This document shows positions 55,308-64,000 of a DNA stretch of 64,000 nt, one piece after another; positions within the stretch are counted from its first letter, which is position 1; each line of letters starts with the position of its first letter. Under the pieces are notes generated by a model. The model made no database searches. It was not told where the DNA came from and saw nothing but the letters and a program-made list of their open reading frames with translations. The position numbers and the translations under genes are program-made. The stretch lies in NCBI GenBank assembly GCA_004022145.1, contig RCNU01000012.1. One strand, given 5' to 3'. The stretch is from Paecilomyces variotii. Taxonomy: Eukaryota.

Positions 55308-57734
55308 CTTGAAGGGTTTGAAAGTTGGAGTTTAAAGATAGACTAAGGTGAGTGTAGTGATTGGAACGAACGTGGGATGGATTCGAGACGGGCCTTGAGC
55401 TCAGCGGTCCTCAAGGGAACGGCCAGCTCGATAGATCTTATATACTCTACGAGATCCCATGGCCCATGCTCGACCGGCTGACACGACTACTGGTAACTCA
55501 TCCAAGCCGTCTTTCGCGTCATTGTCCCGTTCTTTGTCCCGTTCTCCTGTTTAAGCCCGCCGTACTCCGTAGAAGGGATTTAGGCGGCGGCAAACATCAC
55601 GGCATGTACTACTATAGAACAGGGGCCACTGGTAAGTTAATTTCCAAGGATTAGTGAAACGAAAGCGCTGACTGGCCCATGTCGATCTCTGCTTAGTCCC
55701 GTAGGATCTGATATAATACTTTATCTAGCCTGGTGCAAGATCCTATGTTCGCGTAAAGGGAAATTATCTGCGGAAATCCCAGGAAGTGATCGGCGCTTGA
55801 TACGGAGTAATGCCTGCAACCTCCCCGAGCTGAAAGCACCTCGAGGTGCGTGCATGACGGCGATCACAATCGCAGGAGTTTTTTTTTCTCGTTTAAGGTA
55901 GAAAAGACGTTGAGGATTATGACTCCAAGTCATCTGTTCATTGGTTGTCGTCTACTTGATGTCGCCGTGTACCATTGCCGGTTATTGAGTTGAAATGACA
56001 TTCGGTTCCCTCGGCAAGTATCCCGGCCGTCTCTCCACATAAATCAAAACTAGAGGAATTGTGCAGGATATCATTAATAGTAAAGGGGTCTGAGAGCGAG
56101 AAACAACCCATCAGTTAATATTATCCCCATGCTCTGTGGATAGACAGGTCCGGAGACTAGACAGCTGGCGGATTAAGGTTAAAGACCCGCGTTCGTTTAT
56201 TGCTAAGTATTATTGGCAGCTTGATAAGAAGAGAGGTACAGTATAAATAAAACAAAGCAGGAATACGTACCAGGACCCATTCAAAGATTGGCCACTTGCG
56301 GGTCGTTAAGACAACGACAGAAAGTATTCTCTATAGATAAGGTTACTATTATGGGAATGACTTATCTTCTGAAAGTGCCTGGAATTGGATAATGCTCTAA
56401 TGATGCAGATGTTTGCTTCCAGTAGGTACCATTCTGACGCTCCCCAAGGCAATAATGGCTTGCAAAACCTAGATAATGATAAGAATATTGTTCTGGTCAG
56501 TATGGTTTTTATCTTTCATCCTTGACCCCGTCGCATATGCAGGTCAGCGCCATAACTGCCGCATAGACTATCCGACCATTCTTTACGCTTGCCGTAATGA
56601 AGGAGCAGACAATACTGCACAATCGAGTCGTCAAATCGGCCAACACCGGCGCCAGAGCTGCTCCCAGGGCTCTCAACCGACAGGCTGGCTCACTCTTCCG
56701 AGCAATCAGGGCCGGCTGCTAGTTAGCCCATGGAAGACAATCTGCGTGATCTGTTCTTGCCTTCAGCAACCCCTCAGGACAATGGCCTCTTCCCTGTGTT
56801 TTCATCGAGTGCACTGGAAAAATCTTCGGCTCACAGATCATGAACCCTGTACTCCCACTGTATTTTGATGACCATTGTTGAGATCATTCGAATACCGTCC
56901 CCTTTTCAATCTAGGGAAATTAGCGTCTACTAAGTATGATTCTCAAGGCATTTTTCTCATGTCGGGGATGATTCGAGAATCAGTCTTATGCAGAGTCCCA
57001 TGGCCGTGGTACGCTGGCAGGGGCCGACCCATGTTGTCATGATAATTGCGTTTCTTCGAATATTCCTTCCCCTTTTCGTGGGAATCTCCTTTCTGGTGAT
57101 CTTGCCTTTTGTCGTGGGCCACTTCCTTGTTTACCCCCAGCTCCCGGGATGTCTGGGCCTCTTCCATGTTCACTTGTTTAGTGTTTGGTTACGCAGGTGC
57201 CTTTCCCATGCCTCTATCGCAATCTTGTTACTCCATACTCTGTTTGGTTATCCATCACCAAATCGTCTGAGCTTCCTGCGAGGCGTGCCCGGTGTGTATT
57301 GTCCCTGTGCATCGTTCTCCGACAGCTTCTGTTAGATGCTGTTACGTTTCTAAGAGTCTATGATTACTTTCTACTCTGGGCTTCTTGCAATGAGCGGTGG
57401 GTGCTCATGTGTGTGCTGTCTTATGTCTTTCCATCTCTACGATATATATAGTCGCGAGGGATTGTCTCTTGGCCGAGGACGACGCAGGCATCATCTGGCG
57501 ATTATCATTATCATATGATGATATATGCTATCACATTCAAAACGTTGATAGGACTGTAGACGAAATCCATTGAATACGTTGGGTGTGCCCGTAAGAGAGA
57601 ACGTGAATTGGGCATTCCTACACATCCGCGGGACTGAAGCCTCACAACTCACCAAAACACGTACACACACTCAACCAACCAGTGTATCGAATAATATGAC
57701 GGTGAGAAAAAAAAAAGATCAAAAAAAGATATTG

Positions 57735-57828
57735 GGCCCGAGCCGCGGATCGAACGCGGGACCTCGCGCAATATAGCTAAGCAAAGGGTTGACCCTAAGC
57801 GCGAATCATACCACTAGACCACCCGGGC
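57735..57828 (-). tRNA. tRNA-Pro(AGG) with 22-nt intron
   Basis: Cloverleaf with GCCCGGG acceptor stem, TGGTCTAGTGG A-box, CGCGC-TT-AGG-G[intron]T-GCGCG anticodon arm and GTTCGATCC T-loop. Followed by a T7 run. Confidence 0.96.
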
Positions 57829-59469
57829 TTCAATGAAAGAAAGTTTTCTTAGTTGGATATATGAAGCTATCAGGTATACCGGACGGAATGTATACTCCTT
57901 AAAATATCGTAGTACTCGTCGAGAGGTTAGGTCTTAGAAAAAACATTATAGTAACGTGAAATTGATTTATGTGTGATTTGTACTACAGGTACCGAGATAA
58001 ATGGTAAACTATATCTGAACGGCTATATCTCATCGATGCATAGTTCGACATACTTGCAGTCTAACTTGTCGAACGTTGAACGGTACGAACTCGACGGGCT
58101 ATTTTATACAGCGCACAGCTAATCACCTGCCTGCTCGCATTCCAGCGTCTCTAAGAAGTTGACCTCGTATTTAACATCTGACCCGATAAAGAAGCTCGAG
58201 CCTTGTAATCTAGTGACTTGTATAGTGTGTTGAACACAGCTGTAACTGACGATATAATAGATTCCCCTGTGCGCCAAGAAAACTTCGTGCACAGCCAGAG
58301 AATCTCGAGAAAACACACTCCATATGATATATAAGTAGATCTTATCTTAAACCAATGCCTCGTAACCATTCTCTGGAGGGGCCGTGATCTTGTTCATTTC
58401 TGGGCGTAACCCGGGCAAGCAATAGGCCTCTGAGAGCTAAAACCGGACAAGTCAAAAATCAGCCACAAAGCCTTGCTGGGGGTCTAAGGAAGAGCATTAC
58501 ATTTACTACCACTGAAAATGTCTTTGCAATTGGAGAATATAGACTAATGCGTTATCCAGAGGAATATTCAGCCCCGATAGACGGATCAGGGGTCTATAAG
58601 ATGTTTGCGCATACTATGACCACAGCAAATCATCGGGCTGGATGTGGAATCTCATCTCCCCTCGGTTTCCTTCATATGTTAAGCTACTCTCATTTGGACC
58701 GACAATCAGACGAAGCAGGTAGGAATCGTCGAATCTAGAACCCCATTCGTCTCGGCGAAGAAGCTCTCCTTATATCTAAGATGCCAGAATGGCAGATCGT
58801 TGCGCATTATATATTTTTCTTTCTCCCTTCCTCGCCGCTTGACCCACGGAGAGACGGATCGTCTCCGTCGTCGTCGCATATGGTATAGTCCTGTATAATA
58901 TAAATACATTTTTCTGTCGAAACCAAAGACCATGGAAGTAAACATGGAAGCTGCGCATATACCAGGGGAATACCTTCATCGTTTGACTGCCAGAAGCCAC
59001 CGAAATCTAGAGTACAGCCTATTCAAGTACAGAGAGCCTGAGAACTGCCTCCACTGGTATATACCCCAACATAGTAGTACTCCGTACCCCGCATGCAGAA
59101 CGTCTCCTCCGACGTACATCTCGATCCAAGACGTCAATCATGGTGATGTGGCGTACAGAAACCACCGAGGAAGAAGTTAGAACAGCTTAGTCGCGCCTGA
59201 CGTCAGATGTAACACATCGCGGGCGCATGACCAACTTTAGTAGCATTTATTAGTTATTTACACTGCATCCCCAGCTCATCTTAACTTTCATCTATCTATC
59301 TGATAACCGAACTAACTTCCTTCTCAGCCCTCTTCTTCCCACAACCCCCGGCATAGAACCAACCAGTCGGACTCCTCGCTAACACATCATAGCACTACTA
59401 ACCCACCCCTCACCGATCGATTACAGCTCCCTTTCAAAATCCACCACTACGAGCTGCAAAACATCGAAA

Positions 59470-59563
59470 GCCCGGGTGGTCTAGTGGTATGATTCGCGCT
59501 TAGGGTCAACCCTTTGCTTTGCTATATTGCGCGAGGTCCCGCGTTCGATCCGCGGCTCGGGCC
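59470..59563 (+). tRNA. tRNA-Pro(AGG) with 22-nt intron
   Basis: Same cloverleaf; 93/94 nt identical to the copy at 57735-57828. Followed by a T-rich Pol III terminator. Confidence 0.96.
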
Positions 59564-60225
59564 CTTTCATTTCTTTTTTATGCCTTTTTCTTTCCTGCAC
59601 ATTGTGTAGTTCTTGTCTTTTCTTTTCTTTTTTTTATATCTCTCCTTGAGAATGTCGATTTAGGTATGATTTTTTTTTCGTAAGTGACATCGTGCATGCA
59701 CGTGGCTGTAAGATTTTTAAATTAAGGTTAAGGCTTATGTATGTACCTTAGGTAGGTAGTTAAACGGTGATCGGCCGGGATCTACTGCAGTCAGCTGCAT
59801 GCTTTTCAACGGAACTATGTACGAGTAAACGATGTTGTTGTCTTTATTATCTCCGTCCCTAGACTCTGGGTGGATTTGCAGCTGGCTGTGTCTCGGCGTA
59901 TGCTTAAAGCCAGTGAAGTCTGGCAAGAAAACCGACAAGAAAAAGAGAGAGAGAGAGAGATCATTAGTCAGTAGATAACTAGAAAGAGAGTAATTATCTA
60001 AATACCAATTCCTAAATAGGAACTCCAGTAAAAGGAAATCCGCCTGACGAGCTAGTGTAAGGCTCGCGCCCTCTCAATACGATGTTCTAGCGATAAGCAA
60101 CGGATCTCCTGACGACGCCATGTAACTAGAAACTTCCATTTCTATAAGCCCCGTGTCATGAATGAACGTAGGAAGACCCGAAGAATCCATCGAGGTAAAA
60201 AGCAAGGAGAAGTGTTCTGGTACAA

Positions 60226-63200
60226 TTATTTCTTCGTATGGCCACCAGAGGGAGGGGGTGCCATAGATTGAGGCCCATAGGGGCTTCTGTACTGCTGCCA
60301 TGGTTGTGATGGCGGAAGGCCATGAGGAGGCTGTGGCTGACTAGGAGGCATGTATCCCATGTTTGGCGGAGGTTGGTACCTCATATGCTGGAACATAGCC
60401 GGATTTTGCTGTGCACCGGGGGGAAAGCCGGGAATCGGGTTGTAGCCAGGATTAGGATATGCCGCCCCGTTCACCACAGGCCCAGCGGTGTTGATCTCTC
60501 TGGGAGGATTGCCAGCAAGTGAGGTTCTTTTCTCTTGTTCCTTCTTCCTGCGAATAAGATCCCCCCGGACCCCGCGGAGGTATCGTTTTGCCTCCTCTAC
60601 GAGCGCCTTTGGTTCAGTGCTTTCTTTTAGGAAGCTCAGCATCAGGGCTACCTGAGACTCAGAATTCAGATGAGGGCAAGTACGTTGATGGCCAAAATGG
60701 GCAATGCCGCAGAGGCCGCAATGTTCAACACCAGCGAGTTTAAGGGGACAGTAGCCCACAGGATGAAAGCGCTTGCAACCAAGACAAGGCAGAGAGGGAC
60801 GGCGGCCACTTTCGGCACTGCCATCAAGGCTCGTCCCATTCAATTGCGCAGTGTTCTCAGCGCTCAGCGGGTTGACACGTTTGAATGGCCGCGCTTTCTG
60901 GACCTTCTTGCCCTTTGGAGTCTCACCCAGACCCGCTTCAGTCTCCGAGTTATCGTCCTGGTGGATGAATTCTGCGTCACTCTCCGCTTCGCGAGATTTC
61001 CTTGGAGAAACGTGAAGCGCAGCTTCAGCTTCCTTGAATGAATAATCGACAACGTTCCGCCTTCTTTTACCTCTACCAAACGCCTGGGCTTTAAGGGCTG
61101 CTTCCTCTTCTGCAGCGCGTTCACGCTCCTTGAGAATCTTTTCCCAGACGTTGCTATTTGGGGTGGCAGTGCTATCTGCATCTCCCAGACTATCTTCAAG
61201 AGCAGAAGTGTCATTGGCCCAGACGCGGGCAAAGCTGAACTGAGACTCAGCGGACGCATCCTCCCCAGTCTGTGTATTCTCAGCCTGGCTGCGGTCCAAG
61301 AGTTTATCGACCGAGTCTGAATCGTACCGAATATCGCCAGACTCGTCATTATCGAACAGTGCTTCAGCACCATGACGAAGGATTGACTCAAGATCCATTC
61401 CAGCTTCATCTTCAGCATCCATCTGTTCAATGAGGACATGATCCATAGCCATTTTCTTCCTTCCGGCTTGCATGATCTTTTCTTCCGCGCTACCGCGCGT
61501 CATGAGCTGGAAGACCAAAACTTTCTTTTGCTGACCAATTCGATGAGCTCGGGATAGAGCTTGGATATCCTGATGGGGATTAAAATCAGGGTCCATTATA
61601 ATAACGGTATCAGCGGTGGCCAGGTTAATACCGACACCACCAGCGCGGGTTGACAATAAAAAGGCAAAGTATGGCGAGTCTGGGGCGTTGTACTCGTCGA
61701 TTCGTTTTTGCTTTTCTAAAGCAGACATGCTTCCATCCAGACGGCGGTGCAGCATTCCAAGTCCGTCCAAGAAGTCTTCCACTATGTCCAGATTGTCAAG
61801 AAATTGGCTGAAGATCAAAACGCGGTGGCCACGCTCCTGTAGTTTTGGAAGCATTATCTCTAGCAGCTGTAGCTTTCCTGAAGCCTCAACCAAGTTTCGA
61901 TGAGCCACAACAGCATTAAAGGTGCGTTCTTCGATGGCTCTACTGTAGACGAATGGGTGACAGAGACACTTGCGTAATTGCATGAGGATGTTACTAAGAC
62001 TGTGGCGCTCATTTTGTTTCAAGTTGTATTTGTCGCTGTTTTTGAAGATCGATTTGATCAATTGCGGGTTCTTAGCCAGAATAGATTTGTACAACTTCTT
62101 TTGCACCACAGACATCGTCACTGGGACGATGATCTGCGCCATTGGCGGAAGGAAAGTGAGGACCTGGGCTTTCGTCCGGCGGAGGAAGAAGGGCCTGATC
62201 ATTTCGTGTAGCTCAGGAACGTTTTCCTTGGTAAGAGTTGCATATTTCTCGGCTAGCGCTTGTGCGTTCATAGTCGGGTCGCAGAATTGGAGCAGGTTGA
62301 ATAGCTCGCGAACGTTGTTCTGCAAAGGAGTACCAGTCAGGAGAACTTTGAACGGAAATTGTATCTTCGACAAAGCTTCATAAAGCTGGTTTCTATCGTT
62401 CTTCAACCTCTGTCCCTCATCCACCACAAGACCGGCCCATGGTATGTTCGAAACAGTTCTGACTGCTTTGTCGTCACTGAGGGTTTCATAGGACGTGATG
62501 ACGATATGAGCTCTCAGATCCGAGCTTCCTTCCGGAAACATTTCGTACTTGTAGGCTAGTTTGCGGGCAACGCTGCCCCCGTAAAAAGTGACCACACGGA
62601 GCGAAGGAGCCCAGGTCTTGATTTCACGCCGCCAATTTGGGCAAGTGGAATTGGGGACAACGACAAGAAACGGCCAGCATTTATGATCCTGTATCAGGGT
62701 CGCAAACAGGCTGATGATTTGGATGGTTTTCCCCAGACCCATTTCATCGGCGAGAATGGCATTTTGTTTCTTATACCACATGTAGTACAGCCAGTTAAGG
62801 CCATCCTTCTGGTAGTCCATGATCTGCCCACCCGTCAGGATGGTCGGTTGACTACGCTTCATCAAGGTGGATTCGAAATCCTGAGATCGGATCTTGGCTA
62901 GATGCTTTCTCAGCACACCGGACTTGGGAACACGGACATAGTCACGCAGGACCCAATCCTCATAAGCTGCCTTGAAGTCGTTCCATCTTTCAGTGTCTGA
63001 AGGGTCAGGAACCGATTCCCATACGGCATCTTCGTATGAGAGCCCCTTGAACTTAACATAGGCTTCCTTTACCTCCTTCACCCGTGCCCTGTCGATTTCC
63101 AAGGTCCGGTTACTTACAACGTTGGAGTAGCGGACATCGAAGACGATATCAACCCGTAGATATTCTTCGGGAATCGCATCCTCCGTAGTCATCTGTGGTT

Positions 63201-64000
63201 TCAGATTCTTGGGTGACTTGTCGAATGCTCTCCGCATGGCAGCGGCCGCTACGCCAAAGACCCAAGTACCCGGCATCCACTGAGTTCGATAGAAGGACAT
63301 GCCTTTCCATTTGACGAGATATTCCTTTTCATCTTCCTTCATAGCCTCCGCAGTGGTTCCGGGAACGTAGCTCTCCAAATTCGTCGGCCGCCAGGCTACT
63401 AGCGCTGCTATTTCTCCAGGCACGGATGAGCAATCCTTGCATATCCAACGCCGTGAATATTCCTTGAAGCGTGCATTGGCACGCTCAGCAGGTGTCATGT
63501 CTTCACTTTCCCAGGCGGGTTCTTGTTCAGATTTTGGAGGGAGATGCTCGAAGTGAAAGGCTCTATAGCAGTCCGAGCAGCGGAAAAGGACATTATCCAC
63601 GTTGTCAATAAGGGACCTGTCGACTGGGGTGATCGGGTCCAGGCCCCCATTCTTCTCTCGCAGTTGCTGCTCCTGGCGCGCTGTCAACCGCTCCCGAAGA
63701 GGCTTCGACATAGGACCCGGGGCCTTGCATTCAGTGCAGAAGCCATGGTGGGGAGAGTACCAATCCTTTGTATGGGAAACTCCAATACAACGTCTACACT
63801 GTAGTATGAAATGGTCCGGTCCGACCTTGGTGACTAGATGCTCTCGCGAACCACGTGGTCCCAAGCAGACTTTATGGTACGCACTGGTACACCCCTGGCA
63901 GAAAACGAGTGGCCCTTTGACTTCGTCGTCTTTGGAAGTATAACAAGTATCGCAGACATTGCGATGGCGGAGTCGGAATTCATTATCCTTCGGGACCTTT
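60226..64000 (-). CDS. mit1: Mit1/CHD3 (Mi-2-like) SNF2 chromatin remodeller; 5' end lies beyond the window
   Basis: Open frame from the window edge: PHD-type fingers (CDTC...FCQGCTSAYHKVC), chromodomain-like EYLVKWKG.S and YVKFKGLSY, ILADEMGLGKT, VVDEGQRLKN, LLTGTPLQN, HRVLIFSQF, STRAGGVGINL, RAHRIGQ, and C-terminal C/H zinc clusters. Confidence 0.9.
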   Translation of the reverse strand, partial: KVPKDNEFRLRHRNVCDTCYTSKDDEVKGPLVFCQGCTSAYHKVCLGPRGSREHLVTKVGPDHFILQCRRCIGVSHTKDWYSPHHGFCTECKAPGPMSKPLRERLTARQEQQLREKNGGLDPITPVDRSLIDNVDNVLFRCSDCYRAFHFEHLPPKSEQEPAWESEDMTPAERANARFKEYSRRWICKDCSSVPGEIAALVAWRPTNLESYVPGTTAEAMKEDEKEYLVKWKGMSFYRTQWMPGTWVFGVAAAAMRRAFDKSPKNLKPQMTTEDAIPEEYLRVDIVFDVRYSNVVSNRTLEIDRARVKEVKEAYVKFKGLSYEDAVWESVPDPSDTERWNDFKAAYEDWVLRDYVRVPKSGVLRKHLAKIRSQDFESTLMKRSQPTILTGGQIMDYQKDGLNWLYYMWYKKQNAILADEMGLGKTIQIISLFATLIQDHKCWPFLVVVPNSTCPNWRREIKTWAPSLRVVTFYGGSVARKLAYKYEMFPEGSSDLRAHIVITSYETLSDDKAVRTVSNIPWAGLVVDEGQRLKNDRNQLYEALSKIQFPFKVLLTGTPLQNNVRELFNLLQFCDPTMNAQALAEKYATLTKENVPELHEMIRPFFLRRTKAQVLTFLPPMAQIIVPVTMSVVQKKLYKSILAKNPQLIKSIFKNSDKYNLKQNERHSLSNILMQLRKCLCHPFVYSRAIEERTFNAVVAHRNLVEASGKLQLLEIMLPKLQERGHRVLIFSQFLDNLDIVEDFLDGLGMLHRRLDGSMSALEKQKRIDEYNAPDSPYFAFLLSTRAGGVGINLATADTVIIMDPDFNPHQDIQALSRAHRIGQQKKVLVFQLMTRGSAEEKIMQAGRKKMAMDHVLIEQMDAEDEAGMDLESILRHGAEALFDNDESGDIRYDSDSVDKLLDRSQAENTQTGEDASAESQFSFARVWANDTSALEDSLGDADSTATPNSNVWEKILKERERAAEEEAALKAQAFGRGKRRRNVVDYSFKEAEAALHVSPRKSREAESDAEFIHQDDNSETEAGLGETPKGKKVQKARPFKRVNPLSAENTAQLNGTSLDGSAESGRRPSLPCLGCKRFHPVGYCPLKLAGVEHCGLCGIAHFGHQRTCPHLNSESQVALMLSFLKESTEPKALVEEAKRYLRGVRGDLIRRKKEQEKRTSLAGNPPREINTAGPVVNGAAYPNPGYNPIPGFPPGAQQNPAMFQHMRYQPPPNMGYMPPSQPQPPHGLPPSQPWQQYRSPYGPQSMAPPPSGGHTKK

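Overview
This is eukaryotic genomic DNA from a filamentous ascomycete. The short GT-AG introns with CTRAC-like branch points and the Aspergillus-like proteins suggest Eurotiales; the species was not determined. I support 22 spliced or unspliced protein-coding genes and two intron-containing tRNA-Pro(AGG) genes. The left part (0.1-36 kb) is mostly housekeeping: Med20, calmodulin, Tlg2, Rtt103, clathrin light chain, Cdc37, Mdl1/2-type ABC transporter, equilibrative nucleoside transporter, haspin, Mdm34, CCDC47/DUF1682, a CE4 deacetylase and a Par32/DUF3602-like gene. It is interrupted by an accessory-looking interval (19.6-25.5 kb) carrying an F-box-like orphan. The stretch 36.8-45.7 kb is gene-poor and holds a metallo-beta-lactamase-fold hydrolase and a PTH11-like membrane protein. 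The right part carries Arp1, Alg13, Rsm24, a CCCH zinc-finger gene, a Cys-free secreted helical protein, an inverted tRNA-Pro pair and the 3' part of a Mit1/CHD3-type remodeller. I saw no intact transposon, Starship captain, biosynthetic cluster or CRISPR array. The most unusual signals are: (i) the 9-mer TACGGAGTA present 10 times, only in intergenic DNA, often inside TA-punctuated low-complexity tracts; (ii) a coding-like 83-codon frame abutting the ALG13 stop codon; (iii) a stop-free 3n intron in CCDC47; (iv) the inverted, near-identical tRNA pair. All homology calls come from motif recognition, not from database searches.
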